Below, piece after piece: positions 28,105 through 38,392 of a stretch of 53,221 bases of DNA. How positions within the stretch are numbered: the stretch's first letter is position 1; every line of letters starts with the position of its first letter. The notes under the pieces are model-generated. The model had not been told where the DNA came from. It worked only from the letters and a program-made list of their open reading frames with translations, and did not search any database. Made by a program: the position numbers and the translations under genes. This stretch comes from Verrucomicrobiota bacterium. Lineage in GTDB: Bacteria > Verrucomicrobiota > Verrucomicrobiia > Limisphaerales > JAEYXS01. Location of the stretch: contig JAURFH010000002.1 of the NCBI GenBank assembly GCA_030834415.1, positions 1 through 53,221 of the forward strand, in the 5' to 3' direction.

Positions 28105-28601
28105 TTTAATCGGCCGGCTGGCGACTATTACGACTACTAAGACGCCACCGTCAGTCAAAGGTTACACCGGCCATCAGCCAAAGTTTCGTTAGCAACATCC
28201 CTGCCAATAGCCCATTCTGCCTATCAGCATTCCAATCTGTTTTTGGTCAACCGATGGCAGAACTCTGCCAAGCGCCAGTCTCTCACTGCTCGCTCAGGCT
28301 ACCACCACTTCTTTAACCTGCTTAATTAAAGCAAGTTAGCAAAAAACAACCCAGCCGGACTCCTCGCAAAAACAGGCCGTTCATACACCTGTTCCGGCAC
28401 ATCAGCTTTGGCTAAAACCAACCACTGAAACCCGCAAAAAAGATTCACCTGAGGCGAGATTTGACCGCATTGGCAAACTCATTATTCAGTAAAATCACTT
28501 AGCCCAGTTTGGCTCATTCCGCATTCTGCTGGAATCTCCTCCGAGGTCACTTATCCTGCTTCCTAGTTCCCGGGTGGATTTCGCCGGGGGCAAGACGATC
28601 T

Positions 28602-29588
28602 ATGTGGTTGAATCTGCTGTGTCTCTTTACCGGTCTGGCATTGATCATAAAAGGCGGGGATCTCTTCGTTTCCTCCAGTGTGCGCATCGCCGAGATGCTG
28701 CGCATGCCCCGTGTCGTGATCGGCTCCACCTTGGTCAGTCTGGCCACCACTACTCCAGAACTCGTCGTCTCCATCCTGTCCGGATTGAAAGGTGAAAGCG
28801 GTCTCGCCGTCGGAAATGCCCTTGGCTCATGCATCTGCAATATCGGCCTGATCCTCGGTATCATGGCGGTTGCCAAAAACATTGAGGTCAACTTCCGCTC
28901 TTTGCGCACGCCCATGATTTTCATGATCGGCTGCGGCTTCCTCCTGTTTATCCTTTCCCTGGACCTTACCCTAGATCGCTCCCAAGGCTTTTTGCTGCTG
29001 GCTTTAGGTTTTGGTTACTTTGGTTTCGATTTTTGGCGAAATCTGAAGCAGCCGGCCAACTCTGCCACGCTAGAGGCCAAGGCCATCGAAGAGGAAAAAG
29101 TATCCGCGAACAGTTGGCTGCAAAGCAAAGCCGGAACGACCTTAGTTTTTCTGTTTGGCGCCATACTGGTCACCATCGGCAGCAAACTGCTGGTGGATGG
29201 AGCCGTTGGTGTGGCGGAAGCATTGGCGATTCCCTCACTGATCATCGGCCTCACCGTGGTGGCCGTGGGTACATCCTTGCCGGAACTCGTCACCGCCATC
29301 ACCTCCGCCCGGCAGAATGTTTCCGATCTGGCCGTGGGCAATGTAATGGGAGCAAACATCGCCAATCTCACCCTCATTGTCGGCTCTGCTTCTGGACTTC
29401 ATGACGTCACGCTTACCCGCGCCAATCAAAGCTTCAACTTTCCCGCCCTGCTCGTTTTCTTTGGGCTGCTCTACTGGCTGATGCGCTCCGGAAAAACCAT
29501 TACCCGGCGTGAGGGAGCCATGCTACTGGTGGCCTATAGCATCTATCTTTCCGTCCTGATGTTGGTGGCGTTGTCGGTCAGGCTGTAA
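28602..29588 (+). CDS. Ca2+:cation antiporter (CaCA/YrbG family)
   Basis: The start is taken at MWLNLLCLFTGLALIIKGGDLFV. Two alpha-repeats are present (GSTLVSLATTTPEL and GTSLPELVTAITSA), with about 10 TM segments. Confidence 0.85.
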   Translation: MWLNLLCLFTGLALIIKGGDLFVSSSVRIAEMLRMPRVVIGSTLVSLATTTPELVVSILSGLKGESGLAVGNALGSCICNIGLILGIMAVAKNIEVNFRSLRTPMIFMIGCGFLLFILSLDLTLDRSQGFLLLALGFGYFGFDFWRNLKQPANSATLEAKAIEEEKVSANSWLQSKAGTTLVFLFGAILVTIGSKLLVDGAVGVAEALAIPSLIIGLTVVAVGTSLPELVTAITSARQNVSDLAVGNVMGANIANLTLIVGSASGLHDVTLTRANQSFNFPALLVFFGLLYWLMRSGKTITRREGAMLLVAYSIYLSVLMLVALSVRL

Positions 29589-29798
29589 GAGCCTGCGGCC
29601 AAGGATGTCACACAACTGAAACTTTATTTCTGGCAGAATCTATGCTCTATTATGGGTGAGATTCAGTCGGCAGTTCCTCCTGCGATGAGTCTCGGGCGGC
29701 AGGCTATGGTTAGTGTGTTACCATGCGGCCGCCCTTTACGCGTGCCCATTTTTCGAAAATCACTTCGTGGCCAGAAACTTGCGTAGTTTGGCTTCCAG

Positions 29799-32645
29799 TT
29801 AAGGCACCCGGATCGGCTTGGGGAGATAGTCATCCAAACCCGCATTAAGGCATTTTTGCCGGTCTGATTCCATGGCACTGGCCGTCAGGGCGATCAAATG
29901 CGGGCGCTTCCGCCCGCGCGCATTGGCGATCACCTTGGATGCCACTTGATACCCGTCCAACTCAGGCATCTGGATGTCCAGCAAGACCACGTCGTAGTCC
30001 TTTTTCGCCAACATCTCGATGACCTCCAAGCCGTTCTTCGCTGTGTCAGGCTGGTAGCCCATGCGGGTCAGAAATGCCGTGGCCACCTTCAAGTTCACCA
30101 CATTGTCATCCGCCACCAGAATCTTGCCGGGATGCTTCTCCGCCAGCATTGCGCCCGCTGGTTTGCTGACCGGTGTATCCTTCGCCGTCGGAGCACTCTG
30201 TATCACCTTCGTCAAAGTTTCCACCATCGCTTGCCGCCGGATAGGTTTGGCGACGGATGCCTTGACCGGCGCATCCACCGACAATCGCACATTCGTCAGC
30301 AGCACCGGGCGAGCCTGCTGAAAAGCTCTCAGACCTTTCAATCGACTCCATAATGTGAATCCATCCGCACCGGGTAACTGATGATCCAGCAAGACAATAT
30401 CAAAACCTTTGCTCTTTTCCCCCATTTGAACTGCCACTTCCAGAGAATCGACGCTCTCCACTTCCATGCCCCACAAAGTACCATACTGCTCCACTATCTG
30501 ACGGTTTAAGGCGTTGTCTTCCACCACCAGCAGACGTTTTCCCTTCAAGACAGGCTGGGACTGCCGCCAGAGCGGAATCTCTTGAACGACAGGCTCGCCT
30601 TTGACGGTGAAATGAAAGGTGGAGCCTTCCCCCTCCACACTCTCCACCCACATGCGCCCGCCCATCATTTCGACTAACTTTTTACTGATAGCCAACCCCA
30701 AGCCGGTGCCGCCGAAATGACGCGTCGTCGTATTGTCTACCTGGGTAAAGGACTGAAACAGCCGCGCTATCTTGTCTTGGGGAATGCCCATCCCCGTGTC
30801 TTGCACGGAAAAATGCCACTCTGCTTTTTGCTGCCCCTTTTCCAACCGGACAATCACTCCACCCTTTTCAGTGAACTTCACAGCATTACTCACCAAGTTG
30901 ATCAACACTTGGCGCAACCTCGTGCCATCAATGCTCACGAAATCCGGCACCTCATCATCAGCCAAATAACCGGTATCGATCCCCTTTTCCGCCGTCTTGG
31001 GAGCCAGCAACTCCAGAGCTTCCGCCACACACCTGCGCAATTCCACCGTATGCGCGTCCATCTCCATCTTGCCGGATTCAATCTTGGAAAAATCCAGGAT
31101 GTCGTTGATGAGGGCGAGCAGTGCGTCCGCGCTGGTACGGATGGTGTTCACGAAATCACGCTGCTCATAATCCAACCGGGTCTCCGCCAGCAAGGTCGTC
31201 ATACCGATGACACCGTTCATCGGCGTACGGATCTCATGGCTCATGTTCGCCAGGAATTCTGACTTCGCCCTGGTCGCCTCCAAGGCCGCATCCCGGGCCT
31301 TGCCCAACTCCACTTCCATCTGCTTACGCTTGGTGATGTCCCAATTGACCCCGACGATCCGGACTGGTTTCCCTTGAGCGTCCTTTTCCACTAATGCCCG
31401 GGCCTGCAATATCCGGGTATTGTTATCCGGCAGATTCACTTGGAATTCCACGGAATAATCCGCCCCCTGCTCCAGCGTCGCCTTCAATGCCTCGCCAACT
31501 TTCTCCATATCGGCCGCGCAAACCCGAGCCGCCCAATCCTCAAAAGTCACCTGAGTTTTGTCCTTAGGATAGCCATAGAGGCTAAGCATTTGGGCATCCC
31601 AATTATGCTGATTGGTCTCCAGATTCCACTCCCAGATGCCCATGCCTGCAGATTTCGTGGCTAACAGCAACCGCTCAGCCATTTCCTGCTTTTCCCGTTC
31701 GGCCATCCTGCGTTCCGTCACATCCCGATAAATACCGCGCGTCTCCACCGGCTTGCCGTTCTCCATCCGGCAATTCACGCTGCCTTCCAAATCCACCTGC
31801 CGACCATCCTTGGCTTTGAACACTGCTTGCACCGGCCCGATATCCTCGCCAGCCATCAATTTCTGGAAACTTTGCAGACAATGCTCCCGGCACTCAGGTG
31901 CCATCAGGTCGAACACGGTCATCGTCTTGAGATCTTCATCCGTGTAACCCAACGTCTCTTTCCAACGTCGGTTCACATAAAGGAACTTCCCAGACGGGTC
32001 GATGCTTTGGATCAGGTCATTGGCATTGTCCAAGAAATCGGCCAGTTTGTTTTGGGTCTCCTCCACCTGCTTGCGATATCGACGCTCGGTCCGCATCACG
32101 CGACGGATCTCCAACTGCCCCATCACCTGCCGGCTCAAGGCCTGCAAAGCTTCCTTCTGTGATTCCGTCAGTTCCCGCGGCACCCGGTCGATCACGCATA
32201 ATGTCCCGATGGCGTAATTATCACTCGTCACCAAAGGCGCCCCGGCATAAAAACGGATCTCAGGATCGCTTGTCACCAGAGGATTAGTCGAGAAGCGCTC
32301 ATCTTTCGCCGCATCCGGCACACTCATCACATCCCGGTCATGGATGGCGTAGGAACAAAACGCCACATCGCGATGCGTCTCGGGGGTATCAAGGCCCACC
32401 TTGGATTTGAACCATTGCCGGTTCTCGTCGATTAAGGAGATTAGGGAGATGGGGACACAACAGATATGCGCAGCCAAATGAGTCAAATCATCGAAGTCCT
32501 GCTCCGCCTCAGTATCGAGTACTTGGTAGCCATATAGGGCTTCCAACCGCTCTTTTTCATCAGCAGGCAGGGGTGCTGGTTTGGCGCCGGGAATGGGCAT
32601 GCTAAAGTTATGGTCTGTAAAAACTTGTACAGATGATGACGCCAT
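29799..32645 (-). CDS. hybrid sensor histidine kinase (GAF, 2x PAS, HisKA/HATPase, two receiver domains)
   Basis: 948-aa ORF with an N-terminal GAF-like region and PAS regions. The H-box reads FLANMSHEIRTPMNGVIGM and the G-box reads GGTGLGLAISK. Two receiver domains are present (LLVVEDNALN... and ILVADDNVVN...LDIQMPELDG...KPI). Confidence 0.9.
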   Translation of the reverse strand: MASSSVQVFTDHNFSMPIPGAKPAPLPADEKERLEALYGYQVLDTEAEQDFDDLTHLAAHICCVPISLISLIDENRQWFKSKVGLDTPETHRDVAFCSYAIHDRDVMSVPDAAKDERFSTNPLVTSDPEIRFYAGAPLVTSDNYAIGTLCVIDRVPRELTESQKEALQALSRQVMGQLEIRRVMRTERRYRKQVEETQNKLADFLDNANDLIQSIDPSGKFLYVNRRWKETLGYTDEDLKTMTVFDLMAPECREHCLQSFQKLMAGEDIGPVQAVFKAKDGRQVDLEGSVNCRMENGKPVETRGIYRDVTERRMAEREKQEMAERLLLATKSAGMGIWEWNLETNQHNWDAQMLSLYGYPKDKTQVTFEDWAARVCAADMEKVGEALKATLEQGADYSVEFQVNLPDNNTRILQARALVEKDAQGKPVRIVGVNWDITKRKQMEVELGKARDAALEATRAKSEFLANMSHEIRTPMNGVIGMTTLLAETRLDYEQRDFVNTIRTSADALLALINDILDFSKIESGKMEMDAHTVELRRCVAEALELLAPKTAEKGIDTGYLADDEVPDFVSIDGTRLRQVLINLVSNAVKFTEKGGVIVRLEKGQQKAEWHFSVQDTGMGIPQDKIARLFQSFTQVDNTTTRHFGGTGLGLAISKKLVEMMGGRMWVESVEGEGSTFHFTVKGEPVVQEIPLWRQSQPVLKGKRLLVVEDNALNRQIVEQYGTLWGMEVESVDSLEVAVQMGEKSKGFDIVLLDHQLPGADGFTLWSRLKGLRAFQQARPVLLTNVRLSVDAPVKASVAKPIRRQAMVETLTKVIQSAPTAKDTPVSKPAGAMLAEKHPGKILVADDNVVNLKVATAFLTRMGYQPDTAKNGLEVIEMLAKKDYDVVLLDIQMPELDGYQVASKVIANARGRKRPHLIALTASAMESDRQKCLNAGLDDYLPKPIRVP

Positions 32646-32657
32646 TTACCGCCGCAA

Positions 32658-34415
32658 TCAAACCTCACTTCGCTTTTTTTGCAGTGCCTCCCGCAACTTC
32701 CTCAATGGCAACGTGTTGATGACGTCATCTTTTATCAACCAACCCTTTCGGGCAATCCCCGCGCCCAGTCGCAAAAAGCCTGCATGCTCGTGCCGGTGAG
32801 CATCACAGTTCACCACGCATTTCACCCCTTTGGATTTCGCGTATTGCCACAAGCGCCAGTCCATATCGAAGCGATATGGGTTCGCATTCAGTTCAATCCA
32901 GGTGCCGGTGGCCGCACAGGCATCGATGACCGCCTGCTGGTTCAGCTTGTAGGGTTCACGTTCCAATAACAGCCGCCCCGTGAGGTGACCTATCATGTGC
33001 ACATAGGGATTCTCCACCGCCCGGATGAGGCGCTTGGTATTGTCCGCTTCATCACTGCCCGGCACATGCAGGCTGGCCACCACCACATCCAGCTCGGCCA
33101 GCATATCGTTCTCGAAATCAAGCCGCTCCTTAAGCACATCCACCTCGGAACCGGTCAGCAAACGGAACTCTTCGCCTTCATCCTCCAGCTTCTGATTGAT
33201 GGCGGCGACTTCCTTGATCTGTTTGCGCAGACGTTCCGGGTCCAAGCCGTTCGCCTGAAATGACGCCCGGCTGTGATCGGTGATGGCCCAATACTCGCAA
33301 CCGATCTCGTTCATGTGCGCTGCGATGTCCTCCAAGGTATTGCGTCCATCGCTCCAGTTGGAGTGATTGTGCAGCGAGCCCTTCAAGTCCGTCCACTCAA
33401 TCAGGCGTGGCAGTTCGTTTTTCTCACCAGCTGCGAATTCACCATGGTCTTCGCGCAATTCCGGCGCGATGTAGGGCAGTTCGAGCGTATGGAAAATCTC
33501 TTCCTCGGTCGCACACGGCACTAGCAGCTTGGGGTCACGCGTTTCTTCCTTGGAACGGAAAAGACCGTATTCGTTCAGGCGCAGGCCACGCTGGATGGCG
33601 CGCTGGCGCATGACGATGTTGTGCTCTTTGCTGCCGGTGAAGTAAGCGAGCGCAAAGGGAAACTCCGCATCCGTCACGACCCGCAGATCCGCCTGGATGC
33701 CGCCCTCCAGGATGACGCTGGATTTGGTATCACCTTTGGCGAGGACGTTGATGACTCCGGGCAGCTTGGTGAAGTAGTCGATAATCTCGATGGGGTTCTT
33801 GGACGAAGCCAGAAAGTCGATGTCGCCGATGACTTCCTTGAAACGGCGCAAGCTCCCAGCCGTGCTGCACCGGATGACATCTGGGTGATCACGCAAGGCT
33901 TCCAGAATCGGTTCCGAGGCGTAGATCGCATCCACGATGCGATGCCGCGAAGCATACTTCCGTTTGAAATCGATGGCTTCCAATATCTTGGTCTGGGTCT
34001 TCTCGCCAAACCCGTCCAGCTCCGCCACTTTTCCCGCCTTGCACGCTTCTTCCAGTTTTTCGATGGAATCGACGCCCAGCTTGTCATGCATCGCCTTGAC
34101 CTTCTTCGGTCCCAATCCTTGGATATCCAGCATCTCCACCATCCCTGCCGGGATGGAGGCTTTCAGCTCTTCGTAATATTTTAGGCGGCCCGTAGTAACC
34201 AGTTCGGCGACTTTCTGCTGGAGCGCTTCACCGAAGCCCTTGATCTCGCCCAGGCGTTCTTCCGCCACCATCTTATCCAATGGCTCGCTCAGGCTTTCCA
34301 AAGCCCGGGCCCCATTCACATACGCCCGTGTCTTGAACGGGTTCTCGCCCTTCAATTCCAGCAGCACGCCGATTTCCTGCAAAATCTCCGCCACCTGATC
34401 TTTGTCCATTGCCAT
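32658..34415 (-). CDS. PolX-family DNA polymerase with C-terminal PHP phosphoesterase domain
   Basis: The start is taken at MAMDKDQVAEIL, Met257 of the 841-aa track ORF. Helix-hairpin-helix motifs are present (KTRAYVNGARAL, GFGEKTQTKILE), as is the pol-beta nucleotidyltransferase motif (GSLRRFKEVIGDIDFL) and PHP motifs (LHNHSNWSDG, ITDHS, NCDAHR). Confidence 0.9.
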   Translation of the reverse strand: MAMDKDQVAEILQEIGVLLELKGENPFKTRAYVNGARALESLSEPLDKMVAEERLGEIKGFGEALQQKVAELVTTGRLKYYEELKASIPAGMVEMLDIQGLGPKKVKAMHDKLGVDSIEKLEEACKAGKVAELDGFGEKTQTKILEAIDFKRKYASRHRIVDAIYASEPILEALRDHPDVIRCSTAGSLRRFKEVIGDIDFLASSKNPIEIIDYFTKLPGVINVLAKGDTKSSVILEGGIQADLRVVTDAEFPFALAYFTGSKEHNIVMRQRAIQRGLRLNEYGLFRSKEETRDPKLLVPCATEEEIFHTLELPYIAPELREDHGEFAAGEKNELPRLIEWTDLKGSLHNHSNWSDGRNTLEDIAAHMNEIGCEYWAITDHSRASFQANGLDPERLRKQIKEVAAINQKLEDEGEEFRLLTGSEVDVLKERLDFENDMLAELDVVVASLHVPGSDEADNTKRLIRAVENPYVHMIGHLTGRLLLEREPYKLNQQAVIDACAATGTWIELNANPYRFDMDWRLWQYAKSKGVKCVVNCDAHRHEHAGFLRLGAGIARKGWLIKDDVINTLPLRKLREALQKKRSEV

Positions 34416-34527
34416 GCCGTTAGGGTACACACCCGCCCGAATCTGCAAATCCGAAAAGGGTGACGTTTCACCGATGCACCTCACCAGTTGAACTGTTCGA
34501 CCACTTCCTCTAACGTGCTGTGACTTG

Positions 34528-35331
34528 ATGAAACAAACCGCCACCACCTTGCCTGTTGCCCTGACTATCGCCGGTTCAGATAGTGGTGGCGGTGCGGGTA
34601 TCCAGGCGGATTTGAAGACCTTCGCCGCCCTTGGCACGCACGGCACCAGTGCCATCACCTGCCTGACCGCACAGAACCCGAAAGCAGTCACCGGCATCCA
34701 AGCCGCCACTCCGGTGATGGTGAAAAAGCAGATCGAGGCTGTCTTCGCGGAATTGAAGCCCGCTGCCGTGAAGACAGGGATGCTGTTCTCCACGCCCATC
34801 ATCCGCGTCATCACCCAGTTTTTCTCCACTGGTGAACGCCCGCCACTGATCGTGGACCCGGTGATGATCGCTACCAGTGGGGCGCGTCTCTTGAAGCCTT
34901 CCGCCATCAAGGCCATGCGTGAAGAGCTGCTGCCGCTCGCCACTTTGGTCACGCCGAATCTGGACGAAGCCGCGCTATTGGTAAAACGCCCCTTGGCCAG
35001 CGTGGATGATCTCCGCGCGGCCGCCCGTGAGATCTTTGAGACGTATGGTTGCGCCGCCCTCGTCAAAGGGGGCCATCTGAAAGCCAGCCGCGAAGCCATC
35101 GATATCTTCTTCGACGGGCAGAACGAATTTCTCCTGACCGCACCCTTCGTCCGCGGTGTCTCCACGCACGGCACGGGCTGCACCTATTCCGCAGCCATCA
35201 CCGGCTATCTCGCGCTTGGTTGCGATCTGCCCTTGGCCGTCCAGTTGGGCAAAAACTTCATCACCCAAGCCATCGCCCAAAGCCAAAAGGCCGCCCGCCA
35301 CTCGGTGCTGAACTGTTTCTGGGAACAATAG
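34528..35331 (+). CDS. thiD: hydroxymethylpyrimidine/phosphomethylpyrimidine kinase
   Basis: The motifs ALTIAGSDSGGGAGIQADLKTF, VKTGML, GGH and GTGCTYSAAITG are present. The start is ATG 34528 or TTG 34525. Confidence 0.9.
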   Translation: MKQTATTLPVALTIAGSDSGGGAGIQADLKTFAALGTHGTSAITCLTAQNPKAVTGIQAATPVMVKKQIEAVFAELKPAAVKTGMLFSTPIIRVITQFFSTGERPPLIVDPVMIATSGARLLKPSAIKAMREELLPLATLVTPNLDEAALLVKRPLASVDDLRAAAREIFETYGCAALVKGGHLKASREAIDIFFDGQNEFLLTAPFVRGVSTHGTGCTYSAAITGYLALGCDLPLAVQLGKNFITQAIAQSQKAARHSVLNCFWEQ

Positions 35332-35408
35332 GCTCTAACAGGCAAATCTGTTGGCCAATTGCTTTGTGCATGAACACAAAGGTGGTATCTTACGTCAGAG
35401 GATTAATC

Positions 35409-35867
35409 ATGGATTGGATCCATCTCCATCTGGCCCTGAATCACGTTCCCGTCTTGGGCACGCTTTTTGTCAGCCTTCTGTTACTGACGGCGGTGTTGAA
35501 GAAAGATGATGGCCTCAAGCGCCTGAGCCTCTGGTGGACAGTCGCCTTGATGCTCATCTCCATCCCACTCAAGTTCACGGGCGATAAGGCGGCGGAAACC
35601 GCCGAGAACGAGCCTTGGATGATCTCAACGTATGTGCAAGCCCACGAACAGGCCGCCGACCAAGCTACCACCGGCATTTTCCTGATGGGTATCGCCGCCG
35701 CGATGGCCTTGGTCATCGCGCGCAAAGCCCGTCCTGTGATCACCTGGACCATGTTGCTGACCTTGGGGCTAGGCTTGCTGACCTTCGCCCTGATGGCCCG
35801 GGCTGCGAATCTTGGCGGTCAGATCCGCCATACTGAGATCCGGCCGGAACTCATTGTGGAACCTTGA
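35409..35867 (+). CDS. hypothetical 4-TM membrane protein
   Basis: The start is taken at MDWIHLHLALNHVPVLGTLFV, Met121 of the track ORF. Four hydrophobic helices are present. The upstream part of the track ORF overlaps thiD in another frame and is Arg/His/Pro-rich. Confidence 0.6.
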   Translation: MDWIHLHLALNHVPVLGTLFVSLLLLTAVLKKDDGLKRLSLWWTVALMLISIPLKFTGDKAAETAENEPWMISTYVQAHEQAADQATTGIFLMGIAAAMALVIARKARPVITWTMLLTLGLGLLTFALMARAANLGGQIRHTEIRPELIVEP

Positions 35868-35929
35868 TCTGCCCTTCCTTTCGCACCTGCCCCTTGCCCT
35901 GCGGATTCTCCTTCCGCTAATCTACCACC

Positions 35930-36919
35930 ATGAACCGTTTGTCCGCCCTGTTGCTCATCGTCTTTGCGTTTAGCGCCTCCGCTGCAACTCCCGTCCCCAA
36001 AAGTGAAGCTCCGGGCAAAGTCATCGAACGCTGGCCGGAACAGGTGAAGGAGATCAAATACCCGAGCAAGGCGGATAATACCGAGCAACCCGCGATGTAT
36101 TTCGCCCCGGCGAGCAAGGAAAAGAAGCCCCTGCTCGTCGCCCTGCATAGCTGGTCTGCTGATTATAAGCAGACTTCCCAGACGCCCTACGCCGAGTGGT
36201 GCATCGAACATGGCTGGGCGTTCATCCACCCGAACTTCCGCGGTCCGAATAACAAACCCGACGCCTGCGGTTCCGAACTCGTCGTGCAGGACATCCTCAG
36301 CGCCGTCGAATACGTCCGTAAGGACACCAATATCGACCCGCAGCGCATCTATCTCGTGGGCGCTTCTGGTGGCGGTTATGCTACACTACTCATGGCTGGT
36401 CGCGCGCCTGAGCTCTGGGCCGCCGCTTCCGCGTGGGTCCCCATCAGCGACATCCAAGCTTGGCATGAACAATCCGTTCGCAAGAAACAGAAGTATGCAA
36501 AAGACATCGAGCTCGCGTGTGGTGGCGTGCCAGTTCCCGGAACCCCAGCCGGAGATGAGGCCAAGAAACGATCCGCCCTCACCTACCTTGCCCAGGCCAA
36601 GGATCTGAAAGTCTCCATCAACGCCGGCATCAAAGACGGCCATACAGGAAGCGTCCCCATCAGTCACACCTTGCGCGCTTACAACCTGCTCGCCGAACCC
36701 AAAGACCGGCTGACCGAAGAAGAGATCGCCTATTTCACCGAAAAAGCCCAAGTGCCGCCGACCATTAAAGATGCTGTGCCCAATGACCCGCATCACGGTC
36801 TCAAGAAGGTCCTCTTCCGCCGTGAATCCAACAATGTCCGGGTGACCATCTTCGAAGGCGCTCATGAAGGATTACCCGCACCCGCGCTTCACTGGCTGCA
36901 GGAACAGACCAAGAAGTGA
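35930..36919 (+). CDS. secreted alpha/beta hydrolase (S9 peptidase / acetyl-esterase-like)
   Basis: 329-aa ORF with a signal peptide (LLLIVFAFSASAA). The nucleophile elbow reads LVGASGGGY, and a late His lies in the FEGAHEGL context. Confidence 0.8.
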   Translation: MNRLSALLLIVFAFSASAATPVPKSEAPGKVIERWPEQVKEIKYPSKADNTEQPAMYFAPASKEKKPLLVALHSWSADYKQTSQTPYAEWCIEHGWAFIHPNFRGPNNKPDACGSELVVQDILSAVEYVRKDTNIDPQRIYLVGASGGGYATLLMAGRAPELWAAASAWVPISDIQAWHEQSVRKKQKYAKDIELACGGVPVPGTPAGDEAKKRSALTYLAQAKDLKVSINAGIKDGHTGSVPISHTLRAYNLLAEPKDRLTEEEIAYFTEKAQVPPTIKDAVPNDPHHGLKKVLFRRESNNVRVTIFEGAHEGLPAPALHWLQEQTKK

Positions 36920-36984
36920 ACCTAAACGCGCTCGGTGACTACCCGGCCTTGACGTAATCCGATAATACCCAATCATCCCCCGCC

Positions 36985-38388
36985 ATGCTGAACAACGGTC
37001 TTCCGCTCATCGCTCCGGCCATCACGCCGGCGCTCGATCCGCAGTTTCGTCCTGCCGTCCTGGCCAATCGCGCTTTCCGCTCCGCTGTCGCCGCTTCCGG
37101 TAATCCGCTGAAAGTAGTCATCGCACTGGAACAGACGGATGGTTCCATCTTTCATTTCGCGACCGAGATTTTCCCAGAGGACCACGCGCAAGCCGTCGGC
37201 AACTTCACTTACGCCGAGCGCCTCGTGAAATTCATGCTCTGGGCTTGGGGCGGCTGGCGCGTCCATTTTGCTGGGCCGGCCAAACTGGCCGAGCAGTTGC
37301 AAGCGCACTTCACGGATACCGCCACCGGGCGCTTCGATTCCAATCTCATCGGTGAACGCGTCTATGACCACCCCATCACGGTCGTTGCCACCACGCTGGA
37401 CAAAGTCCCGCCGCAAAATGCCAAGACGCAACCGCTCGGCCGTCATCTCGATGGTTGTCGCATCGGCTTCGATCTCGGCGGCAGTGACCGCAAAGTGGCC
37501 GCTGTCATCGATGGCAAAGTCGTCTTCAGCGAGGAAACGGTGTGGGACCCATATCACCAGCCGGACCCGCAATATCACCTCGACGGCATCAACGACACGT
37601 TGAAGAAAGCGGCCGCGCACCTCCCACGCGTCGATGCCATCGGCGGCAGTTCCGCCGGTGTGTATGTGAACAACCGCGTGAAAGTCGCTTCGCTCTTCCG
37701 GGGTGTCTCGCCCGAGCAGTTCAACAGCACTGTCAAAGACCTCTTCCTCGATCTGCAAAAGGAATGGAAGGTGCCCTTTGATGTTGTAAACGATGGCGAA
37801 GTCACCGCGCTCGCCGGCTCGATGTCGCTCAACAAAAATGCCGTGCTCGGCATCGCGATGGGCACCAGCGAAGCCGTCGGTTACGTGACGCCTGAAGGCA
37901 ACATCACCACCTGGCTGAGCGAGCTCGCCTTTGCACCCGTGGATTACAACCCAGCTGCCGCTTGCGATGAATGGTCCGGCGATTACGGCGTCGGTGCACA
38001 ATATTTCTCCCAACAAGCAGTGGGGCGCCTCATCCCCGCTTCGGGCCTGCCTGTTGATGCATCGCTGGGCCTGCCGGAGAAGCTGAAAGTCGTGCAGAAG
38101 TTCATGGAAGCGGGCGATGAACGAGCCACTAAGATCTACCAGAGCATCGGCACCTATCTCGGCTACGCGCTCGCGCATTACGCCGATTTCTATGCATTCG
38201 AGAACGTGCTCATTCTTGGTCGGGTGACCTCCGGCAAGGGTGGCGATCTCATCCTCAGCGGCGCAAAAGAAGTTCTGCAAAAGGAATTCCCGGAGCTCGC
38301 CAAATCCATCGCCTTCCACATCCCGAACGAGAAGGATAAACGACACGGACAAGCTGTTGCCGCCGCGAGTCTGCCTAGACTAAACTGA
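36985..38388 (+). CDS. ROK-like / ASKHA-fold sugar kinase homologue with ~150-aa N-terminal extension
   Basis: 467-aa ORF with a phosphate-1 motif (IGFDLGGSDRKVAAV), the motifs NDGEVTALAG and GIAMGTSEAVGY, and a C-terminal helix region. It lacks the Cys-rich ROK zinc motif seen in the 10732 gene. Confidence 0.7.
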   Translation: MLNNGLPLIAPAITPALDPQFRPAVLANRAFRSAVAASGNPLKVVIALEQTDGSIFHFATEIFPEDHAQAVGNFTYAERLVKFMLWAWGGWRVHFAGPAKLAEQLQAHFTDTATGRFDSNLIGERVYDHPITVVATTLDKVPPQNAKTQPLGRHLDGCRIGFDLGGSDRKVAAVIDGKVVFSEETVWDPYHQPDPQYHLDGINDTLKKAAAHLPRVDAIGGSSAGVYVNNRVKVASLFRGVSPEQFNSTVKDLFLDLQKEWKVPFDVVNDGEVTALAGSMSLNKNAVLGIAMGTSEAVGYVTPEGNITTWLSELAFAPVDYNPAAACDEWSGDYGVGAQYFSQQAVGRLIPASGLPVDASLGLPEKLKVVQKFMEAGDERATKIYQSIGTYLGYALAHYADFYAFENVLILGRVTSGKGGDLILSGAKEVLQKEFPELAKSIAFHIPNEKDKRHGQAVAAASLPRLN

Positions 38389-38392
38389 TCTT

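Noticed and set aside
34416-34527. A possible TPP riboswitch in the spacer upstream of thiD.
   Set aside because: I looked for the conserved CTGAGA / ACCTGATCTGGATAATGCCAGCG-type core and did not find it. The spacer is only ~110 nt and is shared with the divergent PolX gene.
34416-35183. A 256-codon N-terminal extension of the PolX ORF, giving the 841-aa track ORF starting at GTG 35183.
   Set aside because: The extension lies antisense to thiD and is Ala/Arg/Ser-rich with no polymerase similarity. PolX homology begins at MAMDKDQVAEIL (34415).
35049-35408. An upstream 120 codons of the 272-aa track ORF, overlapping the thiD 3' end.
   Set aside because: It is an Arg/His/Pro-rich out-of-frame read of thiD. 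The membrane protein plausibly starts at ATG 35409.
36973-38352. A 459-aa ORF on the minus strand, almost exactly antisense to the 467-aa ROK-like gene.
   Set aside because: Its composition is Arg/Gly/Asp/His-rich and it carries no recognisable motif. The plus-strand frame carries ASKHA kinase motifs and fits tightly between neighbouring genes. This is a typical shadow ORF of a GC-rich gene.
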